From Anthoceros angustus (taxonomy: Eukaryota; Plantae; Anthocerotophyta), in contig VJWM01000044.1 in assembly GCA_010909165.1 (NCBI GenBank), forward strand, positions 310,001 through 374,000: 64,000 bases of DNA. The letters run 5' to 3'. Each line of letters begins with the position of its first letter. Position 1 is the stretch's first letter. The notes under the pieces are model-generated. The model was given only the letters and a program-made list of their open reading frames with translations. It did no database searches and was not told the DNA's origin. Both the position numbers and the translations under genes were made by a program. Shown piece by piece: positions 12,591 to 24,894 of the stretch.

Positions 12591-13683
12591 CGCCCTTTTC
12601 GCACGAGTTGAAAGGGGATGACGGACTCGCAATGCCCGTTTACTCCCTCTGTCATTCACTCACACAATCCTCAAACAAGGCGTTTTCTTGTCGGGGCTCA
12701 GTCGAAAAATCTTCTAAGGTGTCGATGTCGAGAAGAGGATGCAGTGCGTTCGGACGGTGGTAGCGGGACCACCCTACTTCCCTCTCGAGTCCTTTCACCG
12801 TTCGTGGGTGATACTAACTCCAGTCGTGATCTCTCGAAGGGTTCGCAAAGGATCGGCCTCCGTTCGTTCCGCTCTGTCTTCTTGATGTTCCAAAGTACCA
12901 CGGCTCCCGTCCGTGGGTAGGCGCTGTCGGACCTTTCTCCCGCAAAACAATCGAGACAACCTAAGCGTGGTGACGGTCGTTGTCGTACTTTCTTCCTCAT
13001 GAAGCTTCAGCTTCGCACTGCTCGCCACCTCCACTCTAGCGCGAGCTACGGCTAACCTCTCGGGATTGCCTCTATCCGTCGATACTCATCCCTTCCGCCC
13101 TTTTCGCACGAGTTGAAAGGGGATGACGGACTCGCAATGCCCGTTTACTCCCTCTGTCATTCACTCACACAATCCTCAAACAAGGCGTTTTCTTGTCGGG
13201 GCTCAGTCGAAAAATCTTCTAAGGTGTCGATGTCGAGAAGAGGATGCAGTGCGTTCGGACGGTGGTAGCGGGACCACCCTACTTCCCTCTCGAGTCCTTT
13301 CACCGTTCGTGGGTGATACTAACTCCAGTCGTGATCTCTCGAAGGGTTCGCAAAGGATCGGCCTCCGTTCGTTCCGCTCTGTCTTCTTGATGTTCCAAAG
13401 TACCACGGCTCCCGTCCGTGGTAGGCGCTGTCGGACCTTTCTCCCGCAAAACAATCGAGACAACCTAAGCGTGGTGACGGTGTTGTACTGCGTACTTTCT
13501 TCCTCGGCGAGCTTCCGCTTGACTTGTTGCTTACCTCCACTCTAGCGATGGCTCGGCTAACCTCTCGGGATTGCCTCTATCCGTCGATACTCATCCCTTC
13601 GGCGCCCTTTGCGAGTTGAAAGGGGGATGACGGACTCGCAATGTCCCGTTTACTCCCTCTATCATCATTCACTCACACAATCC
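12145..13683. repeat. Three head-to-tail copies of a ~505-525 bp 5'-leader/gag-start segment
   Basis: Copies start at 12145, 12671 and 13176 with TCAAA microhomology at the junctions. ORF pairs 12618/13123 and 12698/13203 are offset by 505. Confidence 0.9.
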
Positions 13684-13691
13684 TCAAAGCA

Positions 13692-13711
13692 AATCCCGAC
13701 AGCGCCAAAAA
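13692..13711 (-). promoter_or_regulatory. Primer-binding site of element A (Athila-type, tRNA-Asp-like)
   Basis: Minus strand reads CA-TTTTTGGCGCTGTCGGGATT immediately after the LTR end, resembling the TTTGGCGCCGTTGCCGGGGA PBS. Confidence 0.7.
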
Positions 13712-14626
13712 TGTGGTAGGTTTGCCTCGGTCACCCGGAGCTCGCCTCGGTGGCCACACTTATCCACAGTCGTTGAATCGTGGGTTCGATCCCAAGAGAT
13801 TTGGTTCGGATTGTTTGCGAGTCGTTCCTCTCACTCTCACTCTCTCATTCACCGTCTACTTGTCCTCGGTGTGGGCAACAAAGCGGTGTTATGCGTTTGG
13901 GTTATCGGCCCGCGGCGCGCTCCACGCCTTCGATTCCCTCCACCTCAACACTCTCCTGCCAACTACGATCAATTCACTCTACAACGACACACCCATAGCC
14001 AACCTCTTCACCATTCTCAAAAGAAACATAGCTCACGGACCACCACATCAGACTCACTTCATTCGATCCCCAAATCTAACTCTACTATAGCGTTCGCGGT
14101 TGCGCGCCTCCCTTGCGGCTGGCGCACAGGGTGACAGCTGGTATTTCTCTCGGGCGATTGCGTACGAACACGACAGCGTAGTCGGCCGATCACCCTGCGG
14201 GGGCCACCCAGCAACACAAAGCACATCCAACAACAATCTTTCACGAGAGGAGGAGCTGCGTTGGCGAACCCGCGAGGGGCCTCCGAACCCCACCCTTCGC
14301 CTTCTCGTCGCTTGGCGGGCGGCGGTCAGCACACACACAAAGGGATGCGGGAGGCGAAGAATGCATGACAAAGCAAGGTCGGTGTTTATTCATTCTTCCA
14401 CCCTCCCTTTTATAGGTGGGGAGTCGGCCACTCGTGCTAGTTTAATGCTAGGCGACTTGCCAAGTCCAACAATAGGACTCTTGTCGGCCCTTACAGTTCG
14501 TCCTCTCGGCTCGATCCATCACCTTGACCGAATATCCTCATCTATCGCCGCCACTCTTAAATACTCACACTTCCCAAGGTGTGCACCACTTGGGACAAAA
14601 CGTCCTCTTGAAAAGGTCCTACGACA
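13712..14626 (-). repeat. LTR serving as 5' LTR of element A and 3' LTR of element B
   Basis: Homologous to 2234-3114. It has the PBS on one side and element 3'-internal sequence (homologous to 3115-6425) on the other. Confidence 0.72.
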
Positions 14627-15879
14627 TCCTCGTTCGCTGCTTTTGTTAGCCTCGCGGCTTCAATGTCTTCCCCTTGATGGGTCGCTTAGCCTTGCCCACC
14701 TCCGAGTCTTCTCCGGGACTATGCTGGTAACGCCTCGTCGGCCCCTCGGTGGTAGGTCTTCCCGTGGTAGGAGGTTCCATTCCTCCTACTCGTTCATCCT
14801 CGATGGGTTCCTCCCCTCTCTCGTCTTCTTGGTAGGTTCGATCCCAAGAGATTTGGTTCGGATTGTTTGCGAGTCGTTCCTCTCACTCTCTCACTCTCGT
14901 CATTCGCGGTCTACTTGTCCTCGGTGTGGGCAACAAAGCGGTGTTATGCGTTTGGGTTATCGGCCCACGCGCTCCACGCCTTCGAGATTCCCTCCACCTC
15001 AACACTCTCCTGCCAACTACGATCAATTCACTCTACAACGACACACCCATAGCCAACCTCTTCACCATTCTCAAAAGAAACATAGCTCACGGACCACATA
15101 CGGACTCACTTCATTCGATCCCCAAATCTAACTCTACTCATAGCCGCGGTTGCGCCTCCCTTGCGGCTGCAGGGTGGACTAGCGGGTATTTCTCTCGGGC
15201 GATTGCGTACGAACACAGCGGCGTAGTCGGCCGATCACCCTGCGGGGGCCACCCAACAAACACAAGCACATCCAACAACAATCTTTCACGAGAGGAGGAG
15301 CTGCGTTGGCGAACCCCACGCGAGGGGCCTCCGAGAACCCCACCCTTCGCCTTCTCGTCGCTTGGCGGCGGTCAAGCACACACACAAAGGGATGCGCCGG
15401 AGGCGAAGAATGCATGACAAAGCAAGGTGGTGTTTATTCATTCTTCCACCCTCCCTTTTATAGGTGGGGAGTCGGTAGCCACTCGTGCTAGTTTAATGCT
15501 AGGCGACTTGCCAAGTCCAACAATAGGACTCTTGTCGCCCCTTAATCCTCTCGGCTCGATCCGGCTCACCTTGACCGAATATCCTACATCTATCTGCCAC
15601 TCTTAAATACTCACACTTCCCAAGGTGTGCACCACTTGGGACAAAACGTCCTCTTGAAAAGGTCTCTGACATCCCTCGTTCGCTGCTTTTGTTAGCCCTC
15701 GCGGCTGTCTTCCCCTTGATGGGTCGCTTAGCCTTGCCCACCTCCGAGTCTTCTCCGGACTATGCAGTAGCACGCCTCGTCGGCCCCTCGGTGGTAGGTC
15801 TTCCGTGGTAGGAGGTTCCATTCCTCCTACTCGTTCATCCTCGATGGGTTCCTCCCCTCTTCTCGTCTTCTTGGTAGGC
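13783..15879. repeat. Tandem duplication of ~1.05 kb covering most of the LTR
   Basis: 13783-14834 is repeated at 14835-15879. The junction CTTCTTGGTA-GGTTCG-ATCCCAAG uses GGTTCG microhomology. Confidence 0.85.
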
Positions 15880-18800
15880 GGTTCGTCTCCTACCTCTTTG
15901 GATCTTGCTATGGGGTACCTTCCCTCACGGCTGGGTTTCGTGCCGGAGGTACCCTTCCTTCGGTCACCTCCTCCTCTTCAGCAGTTCCTACGAGTAGGAA
16001 CTTTGGTAGGTACCATCCTACCATCGGTCTCTTCCTCCCGGCATAGCTCCACCGTCTCGGGAGGTTCTCTTGGCGTCATGGTGCTTCTTGACTCGCTCGC
16101 TCGGCTATGTCTAGACTGCCTTTCCTTGTACCAACTCAAAGTTTTGACCTCCGGCGCCATTCCACTTGGCGTCGAGCGTGGTCCTTTCTTCGTCTTCCTC
16201 CATGGCGTTCCTCAATCGCTTCGAGGAGGTTGTTGTAGTAGGTCGCCACCCTACCACTCTCCTTCTTTTGTGCGTCCATGATCACGGACCCTTAGTGGGA
16301 TGGCCTTTTCGTCCCACCGGCGATTTGTCACTCCTACCAATGCGGCCTCTTTCTCCACTACCGCTCCTCCAACTCCAGGCAAGCCTCCCAATCTCCTTAT
16401 CTTTCTCCATGGCTTCCATCGCCATGCGTTTCACTATGGCGATCGCCTCGCTTTGCTCCTCGAATGACCAAGACCCTCCAAAGATCGTTGGGCCATCAAA
16501 ACTTCCTTCCGGGTTCCTTGCCTCCGTTTCATAGGCGTGGGTAAGGTCGGCCTTCTTCGTTCTTTGCTCCAAAAGTTCTCTCGTGTCTGAGCTCCTCTTT
16601 GTGACCCTTGGTCACATTGTCCCATCCTTGTCGTTCCTTCACCAAGGCCGTATTTTCCCTTGTAATGCTCCTTCCGTTGCTCCATGGCAACTAACTTCTT
16701 CGTAGGAGGTCCTTCTCGTCTTCAAGGTCCGGGGCCTTGCTAGGGTAGCTTCCTTGCCTCCTCCTTGCTGCGTTCGATGTGTCCTACCCTTGCTAGGGTA
16801 GCTTCCAACTTTCCCGCCTCCTTCTGGCGGTTTCCAACTCCTCACCCTCTTGGCTGATTTTGCCTCTGTCCTAAGACAGTCAATCATTTCCACACATTCA
16901 CCAACTTGGTGGTCATCTGTCGCTCTTTGGCGGATCTAGCAGTGTGTTGCTTCTCGGAGGTGGTTTTGAGCTCCTCTCAATTTCTTCATCCTCCGGCTCC
17001 TTTAGGTCTCGAAGTTCGGCCCGCCACCTCGACACGGTCCACTAGGGCGTCCATAGATCCTGCGCCCACTTCCTTGACTCGGCAACTACCCTCTGTAGGA
17101 TGCCGGCTTCTCAACACTTCCTCACTCCTCCTGGTGCGTGGGTCACCAACGTTCCTCGGCGTTCTTCTCCGTCCACGCCTCAAGTCTTGTTACTACTTCT
17201 TGGTGGGAGGTAAAGCTCCCGTAGGTCCTCCGTCCTCCACAGGTCCTCTGAGGTTCACTCCTACCGGTGTTGTCGGCCTTCCAATCCTCAACCCTCACAG
17301 TAGGTGGTCTCGTATCCTTTCCTCCTTCCTCCGTAGGAGGTGCTTCTATGGCCTTCTTCCCTTTCTCTTGTTGGGTTCCGATCCCGAGGCCTCATGTTGG
17401 TTCGCGGGCGTGGCGGTCTCTTGCCCAGGGCCTCATCTGTCTCTTCATCCTCAGGGCCGTGATGGCTCTCCTTCCGCTACCCTCACGAGTAGCTTCTATC
17501 TTGGCTTCTTCCAGCTCGTTGTAACCTCCTCCCTCGATATAGGTGTACGAGGAAGGTAGAGACAAAGCGATTCTTGCTCCTCCATCACCAAATGGTTTGT
17601 GCAACCCTTTGTTCATCTGAGAATGGTGGCCCAATCCACCAACTTCACGACATCTCATACATCATCATTAAATGGGAATTTCCAGTCGTCTTCCTTGCGC
17701 CGTTAGTCCAGCCATATCTTGGCGAATAAATTCCACTTCCGCTCCTTGAACAAAGAGATCCTCCAGCCATTGCCTTGCGACCATACTTCCTCCTTTGGTC
17801 GTAGGAACATGCTCATAACCTCCTCGGGATCGATTCTTGGAGGCTGAGCTGGAATGATCCCTCCCTTGTGGGCTTCCGGTATCAAATCGTATCACGGAAA
17901 TGCCGTACCTTCCACATCCCGGGATGACTTGATTGTCGCATCCTCGAGGCGGCGTCTTGGTCACTCTCATTCGTCGCGCACACTCGAACCAAGGCGGGGC
18001 TCTGCCAGTGCCAAGTACCATTCCATCTTCATCTCGGGCGTGGCGCTCGAGCGCCTCAAATCTCGAGGTGAAATTTGGGCGGCCTACACTCGAACTCGGG
18101 GTGGGTGTTTCTTACCTTTTCCCTTGTGGGCGGTGTGGCGGAGGTTTCCTCCCGTGGGAGTACCCCGTTCCCGTCCTCACTATCTTTACCATCGCAGAGC
18201 ACACACAAGGATAGCAAAATTGGAGAGATTGGAGTAATCTATCGGGCTAAGAGTGGAGAGCAAAGAGGTGGTGGTTTGGGTGAGACAGCGGCAAGGGGAG
18301 TTCTTCCGGCTCCTCGGCCTCGGCCTCAACGCAACCACTAAGAGGTGGCCTTGGCCCCTTCAATCTCCCTCCAGAACTTCTCCACCTTGCTCGCCTTTTT
18401 GATCTGGTAGCCAAGCTCACCCCTCGGCGCCTCTACAATCGCCTCCGCTCGAGCACCTCCACTCGCGCGCCTTGCGGATCCCCCTCAGAACTCCTTTCCA
18501 ATCGCTCATGCCCCGCTAGCTCCGCTCGATGGCCGCCTCGCTCTCTCGCCTTGAGTTCGCGCTCCTTGACTGCAGCGCTGCAATCGGTGAGGCGCCGCTC
18601 ACTTCTTGCCTTCCTTCTTGGCGCAACTCCACTTACTCCCTCGGTAGCCGACTGCGGGTTCGCTGGCGCCCGTTCAAAACCACAGCTAACCGAGTTTGCG
18701 GTACATGCAAATCGCCTTAATGGCGCTCCTCCCTCGATGGCCGCGTGTCGGTTCAAAACTCCTGTAGCCATTTTCCATCTACAACTTAACTAGCCCTTTT

Positions 18801-21800
18801 GGCATATATAGCCATGCGGAACCTAAATAATTGAAGGCCAAGGAACTTCCTATCCCGAATATTCCTACTCCCCATGGTCCAAGGAACTCGAACCTATCAT
18901 GCCTATATATGCTTCTATCTACCCATACTTTCTACCCGATCGAACCTCCTACGGCACGCCGATCTGCTTAAGTCCCGAACTCCTCGGACGTCCCTACTAT
19001 CTTCCTACCTTCTATCGACCTACCTACTACCACCGCCTCGAACTTATTCATCCTTCGCGCTGCCTCTCCGCCTTGGGTGACCAAAATTGCTCCACACGCT
19101 GTCCGCCAGTGATTCTTCCAGGCTCACCACCGTCTCCCTGCGGGCCACCTCCTGTCCTCGGATCTCCTCCCGAAGCATCTCCGCCACTTCTCGAACCATC
19201 CGGTGGAAACCGGGGTGTTGCCTTGGGTGGGTTCTGCTTCTCCTGCTATCATTTCAGAGGTTTCGGTCGGGTGATTCTCCGCAAAGCCGCCCGATTCAAC
19301 TCGCCTTCTTGGTGGGAGGTAAAGCTCCCGTAGGTCCTCCGTCCTCCACAGGTCCTCTGAGGTTCACTCCCTACCGGTGTTGTCGGCCTCCTCAACCCTC
19401 ACAGTAGGTGGTCTCGTATCCTTTCCTCCTTCCTCCGTAGGAGGTGCTTCTATTTTCTTCCCTTTCTCTTGTTGGGTTCCGATCCCGAGGCCTCATGTTG
19501 GTTCGCGGGCGTGGCGGTCTCTTGCCCAGGGCCTCATCTGTCTCTTCATCCTCAGGGCCGTGATGGCTCTCCTTCCGCTACCCTCACGAGTAGCTTCTAT
19601 CTTGGCTTCTTCCAGCTCGTTGTAACCTCCTCCCTCGATATAGGTGTACGAGGTAGAGACAAAGCGATTCTTGCTCCCTCCATCACCAAATGGTTTGTGC
19701 AACCCTTTGTTCATCTGAGAATGGTGGCCCAATCCACCAACTTCACGACATCTCATACATCATCATTAAATGGGAATTTCCAGTCGTCTTCCTTGCGCCG
19801 TTAGTCCAGCCATATCTTGGCGAATAAATTCCACTTCCGCTCCTTGAACAAAGAGATCCTCCAGCCATTGCCTTGCGACCATACTTCCTCCTTTGGTCGT
19901 AGGAACATGCTCATAACCTCCTCGGGATCGATTCTTGGAGGCTGAGCTGGAATGATCCCTCCCTTGTGGGCTTCCGGTATCAAATCGTATCCGGAAATGC
20001 CGTACCTTCCACATCCCGGGATGACTTGATTGTCGCATCCTCGAGGCGGCGTCTTGGTCACTCTCATTCGTCGCGCACACTCGAACCAAGGCGGGGCTCT
20101 GCCAGTGCCAAGTACCATTCCATCTTCATCTCGGGCGTGGCGCTCGAGCGCCTCAAATCTCGAGGTGAAATTTGGGCGGCCTACACTCGAACTCGGGGTG
20201 GGTGTTTCTTACCTTTTCCCTTTGTGGGCGGTGTGGCGGAGGTTTCCTCCCGTGGGAGTACCCCGTTCCCGTCCTCACTATCTTTACCATCGCAGAGCAC
20301 ACACAAGGATAGCAAAATTGGAGAGATTGGAGTAATCTATCGGGGCTAAGAGTGGAGAGCAAAGAGGTGGTGGTTTGGGTGAGACAGCGGCAAGGGGAGT
20401 TCTTCCGGCTCCTCGGCCTCGGCCTCAACGCAACCACTAAGAGGTGGCCTTGGCCCCTTCAATCTCCCTCCAGAACTTCTCCACCTTGCTCGCCTTTTTG
20501 ATCTGGTAGCCAAGCTCACCCCTCGGCGCCTCTACAATCGCCTCCGCTCGAGCACCTCCACTCGCGCGCCTTGCGGATCCCCCTCAGAACTCCTTTCCAA
20601 TCGCTCATGCCCCGCTAGCTCCGCTCGATGGCCGCCTCGCTCTCTCGCCTTGAGTTCGCGCTCCTTGACTGCAGCGCTGCAATCGGTGAGGCGCCGCTCA
20701 CTTCTTGCCTTCCTTCTTGGCGCAACTCCACTTACTCCCTCGGTAGCCGACTGCGGGTTCGCTGGCGCCCGTTCAAAACCACAGCTAACCGAGTTTGCGG
20801 TACATGCAAATCGCCTTAATGGCGCTCCTCCCTCGATGGCCGCGTGTCGGTTCAAAACTCCTGTAGCCATTTTCCATCTACAACTTAACTAGCCCTTTTG
20901 GCATATATAGCCATGCGGAACCTAAATAATTGAAGGCCAAGGAACTTCCTATCCCGAATATTCCTACTCCCCATGGTCCAAGGAACTCGAACCTATCATG
21001 CCTATATATGCTTCTATCTACCCATACTTTCTACCCGATCGAACCTCCTACGGCACGCCGATCTGCTTAAGTCCCGAACTCCTCGGACGTCCCTACTATC
21101 TTCCTACCTTCTATCGACCTACCTACTACCACCGCCTCGAACTTATTCATCCTTCGCGCTGCCTCTCCGCCTTGGGTGACCAAAATTGCTCCACACGCTG
21201 TCCGCCAGTGATTCTTCCAGGCTCACCACCGTCTCCCTGCGGGCCACCTCCTGTCCTCGGATCTCCTCCTGAAGCATCTCCGCCACTTCTCGAACCACAT
21301 CCGGTGGAAACTGGGGTGTTGCCTTGGGTGGGTTCGTTTCCTCTGCTATCATTTCAGGAGGTTTCTGGTCGGGTGATTCCTCTGGCAAAGCTGCCCGATT
21401 CAACTCGCCTTCCTTGGCTGGCTCTCTCTCCTTCGCGAGAGTCCCGTCCTCCGTATCCGTGGTGCTCTCTCCATTTTTCTTCCTCTTAATCGCTTCTCTC
21501 CTTTAGCTTCCTTCGGCCGGGTTGACACCTCCAAGACTTCCTCCAGTGTCTACCTTCTCCTCCTTAACCGAACACGCCTGCACCACCGCCCCTAAGTTCC
21601 TTCTACGCCTCTTCCCACTCCGCCACCGTGCATCTTCAATCAGACCGGGCCATGGTCTTAGGGAGAGGGGCGAGGCGGTCGCGTGGTTTCTGGCCGGGTG
21701 GCGTAGCGCCAGATCCTCGGCGAGGGTTCCGGACCTGGTGCCCGCAGCCATCTGCCACGCTGCAATCTCGGCATGCTCAAAATCCACGTTACCTGCGAGT

Positions 21801-21888
21801 AGGGTATGGGCATGCATTGGAGAAGTGCCCAGGTTCCCCCAGCAGTTCGGCGGACCAGTATCGCCGCCGAGAATTCCCGATAATTTTA

Positions 21889-21890
<2 letters not shown>
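14627..21890 (-). mobile_element. 3' half of related Athila-like element B (extra ORF and 3' noncoding; upstream ORF is not integrase)
   Basis: Collinear with 3115-6425 up to GGGTGACCAAAATT...TCCACA (~19095 and ~21195), then unrelated to the integrase of A. Truncated at the (AT)n tract. Confidence 0.75.
17196..21408. repeat. Tandem duplication of ~2.1 kb inside element B
   Basis: 17196-19304 is repeated at 19305-21408. ORFs 18433/20532 and 18874/20973 give identical translations, offset 2099. CTTC(C)TTGG microhomology at the junction. Confidence 0.9.

Positions 21891-21892
<2 letters not shown>

Positions 21893-21930
<38 letters not shown>
21893..21930. repeat. (AT)19 microsatellite
   Basis: Read directly; it separates the gypsy nest from the macro-array. 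Confidence 0.98.
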
Positions 21931-21931
<1 letters not shown>

Positions 21932-21932
<1 letters not shown>

Positions 21933-24229
21933 GATCAAGCCACCTGAAACCCGAGCTGGACTTTTGTGGCAGGAGAGGCATTTTGTCCGGATAGGGTGGT
22001 TTTCAGTCGAGTTCTAACCATCACCTTGCAACTTTCCTCAGATAGTTCATCGAGAACTCCCGAGAATCCTTCCATTGATTTTTGTGAGCTTTTCAGACTA
22101 CCCGTAGATGTAGCAAAGGGGGAGACTCCCATTGGATTTCCCAGGTGTTGGGGGCTTGCAGGTTATTGGTTATAAAGAAGCCCCGGTGCGCCCCTTTTGT
22201 TGGGGAGGCATTTTCCAGCTCATGTAAATCGGGTAAGTGCCTCTCCGGGCCCTAGAGGCCCAAGCTCATCTCACCTTATCGGTATGTGATAGCTACTCCA
22301 AGGGCTTGGGTAATTATTTCGACATCGTAATGATTCTTGAGTCACATCCGGGAATTTGGGTTGTCTCACTGAGTCCAATCGTGGAAATGCTTTCAACACT
22401 ATTCCACGACGCCCATTTTCAACGAGAATCTGGGCGGATGTAGTGCCATAGTTAATTCCTTTTGTTCGTTCTTTTTAGTTCCCGTATAACTTTATTTCAT
22501 TAGCGCATGGTCCCTTAGTGGATGCGGTCTCGCGTCGACCCGCCGGCTGTGACTAGCCAAGGATCGTGTCATGTGACACTAATCTCAGCGCTTGGGTTTA
22601 GTGTTTGATTAGTGCTAATTAATCTACTTACTTATCTTTTAGTAAGTAAGAAGTATTAATTAATATAAAGTGCTTATATTAATTAAGCATTGATTAGTGT
22701 TAATTAAACATGGTTAGCAATAGCTAAGTGGATAAGCGCAAGTAATATGCTTTAGAATATTTTTTGCATATTATAGTGTATTCTTAGGATATTATCTTCC
22801 TTGCATATTATAGTGTATTCTTAGGATATTTTCGGTAGATGCTAATGCCAATAGGATATCTTATGAATATGCCAATGCCAAGGGCTAATATATATAGACC
22901 CTTTCACAGATGACAAGCTCATATTATAGCTTGTCCTCTAGATATGCAATGCAAAAGTGTTGTGATGAGGCCAAAACTATGACTGTGAGAGCGATGTGTG
23001 AGAAATTTGCGTATTGTTCTCGTGAAAAGAATGTGTTTATGCCACAACGTGCAAGCTACTCTATCCTATTGTTATTGGTTTGCACCTATATTTGCATATT
23101 AGATTTTTTTGCTTGGTTGTCTGTTGAGGAAGTGCTCATATGAATGCAAGTGCTTATCTCATGCGACAGATCCCGTGGGGGGTACCCTCTTTACCATGGC
23201 GGACTTCATGGCTCACTCCACAGCAGTCTCCACGGAGTCGGAATGTCTCTTTCCATCAAGTGCAGATGACACTCATATCTAGGTCCGGGGGACAAGGTCA
23301 AAGAACTTTTCAAAATTTTCTCCTTAGAGTTCTCCCTCTTTGGTTTGAAAGTCAAGATTTTGAAGTGCAAGATCCGGTCCCTGTTAAGAGTTACGCTCTT
23401 TCTTCAATATCCCGAGGAGCATATTGATTTTCGCAGGGACTCCGCATTTTAGAGGTCCCGGTGGGGCCCTCGGATTTTATTCAAGATTACATGGACACTG
23501 TTATGAAGAAGAATTTGGCTCACGACGGCAACCTCTCTCTATAAGAGGACCCACAGGTGGTGTTTGGTATCTTCTTTTCCAACTTCGCATGTCGCCTGAA
23601 GTACCTTCTCCGAACGGTGCCTCTCTCTTTGGCTTTTGTATCTAGCCTGAAGGATTTCAACAAGTAGATCATACAAGTGTTGGAGGACATAATCGGCCCA
23701 GATACCTTTCAATGGTAGCGGGATCTTGCAGTGTTGGCGTCCACCTTTGTTTTGGTGGCACAAGTCCACGCCACCCAGAGGCCTCGGCTTTGCCAGCCTT
23801 CTATGTACTGCAAGCTCTCTCTGCCCCTATCTTGGCTTCTCGCTTCCATATCAGGGATTTTTGCATCTTGAAGGGTTTCGTCTCAAGCGTTGAGGAAAGG
23901 GCCCTTCCCCCTCCAGGTGTTCTTAAGGTTGGCTAGGGGCCTCTTATCCACAAAGGCCAAGGATGCCTCTCTCCCTCATTCCTCGGGGACGGTATAAGAG
24001 GGCTTCAAGCCTATCTCTAGGAGAAGCAGTATGGGTAGGCGCATCAAGCTTTTCTTCTGGATTCCTCCATTCCTCGACTTGCAAGAGCTCGCCTTCGTTC
24101 TTGCTCGGTAAAGGGAGCAGTTCACAGTTTCACCCAACCTTGCATCCGTGCCTTCGGTGCAGGCACTTTTTTCTCTGCGATGAGGTTTTGCCTGGGGCTT
24201 ATCCAATCTCTGGCCTGTTCTCTTACATC
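21932..24229 (+). mobile_element. CRE-like (R2-group) non-LTR retrotransposon RT fragment, unit 1 (RLE part deleted)
   Basis: WISQVLGACRLLVIKK...GVRP..VGEAF, NAFNTI, GDPxGG and ADDTHI motifs. Interrupted by a solo LTR. Confidence 0.75.
22572..23161. mobile_element. ~590 bp AT-rich solo LTR-like insertion in the CRE RT (unit 1)
   Basis: TGTGACAC...TATCTCA termini (TG..CA) and a TATATATA box. It splits the RT just before the GDP motif. The TSD is not reliably readable. Confidence 0.7.
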
Positions 24230-24894
24230 GTTCGTTTCCCCCTCTCTCACATCCCCCCCAACCACCACATCAGAAGGAACCTCAAATTGAGATACCTTCA
24301 TCACTTGGTCTCCTCTCTCTTCTGCCCCTCTTCTCACGCCCAGACTCCGTTTTTACAAGGAGGAGTTTCGTTTCAATCTCCCCTTTGGCTTCCCTGCCCT
24401 GTCACACTATCTTAGTTCTCCCCTCTCCTTTAAACTCTGTACACTCATTGGTCAATTCCGAGTTATCTCCCATCACCTTTAGATCGAAACCGACCGCTAG
24501 CTCAAGCCCGCGCCTCCTCAAGAAGAATGGATTTGCAAGCTCTGTTCCTTGGGCCCTGAATGTGAATCACATTTTTTCTTCTATTGTCTCGCCTATGCTG
24601 ATATTCGGGCTCTTTTCAAGTGTGCTGATTTTTCCTTGTGCAAATTCTTCTCTTTTCACATTCCTTAGCTCTCTGGACTCTGTCTCTATGAGCTTTTTGA
24701 CCGTCGGCAAGCTTTGCTTGACTCCTTATAGGTTTCACCTCCTTTTTCCCTCTTTTTCCTCCTTTTAATCATCTCAAATATTTACTGTCTTTTTATTTCA
24801 GATGTACATATGTGTACTCGCTTTTTCCCCTCTTTTGCCCTATACTATCTTCGTCCCATGATGGTCCTTCCATCCTTAGCGGATATAAATAAAG

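Larger units (their letters stand above)
2234..14626 (-). mobile_element. Athila-like (non-chromovirus) Ty3/gypsy LTR retrotransposon A, near full length
   Basis: The same terminus TGTGGTAGGTTTGCCTCGG occurs at 2234 and 13712, with a PBS next to 13712. Minus-strand order is gag, PR, RT, RH, INT, extra ORF. Athila-type motifs are present in RT and the INT C-terminus. Confidence 0.88.

Noticed and set aside
14100-21500. Long plus-strand ORFs (e.g. 14100-15131, 16906-17559; also 2836-3600)
   Set aside because: Ser/Pro/Leu-rich antisense shadows of the minus-strand retroelement, with no recognisable motifs.
21893-21930. (TA)n as the proven target site of the CRE element
   Set aside because: The tract lies only at the truncated 5' side, and no matching repeat is seen at the 3' end (~37400).
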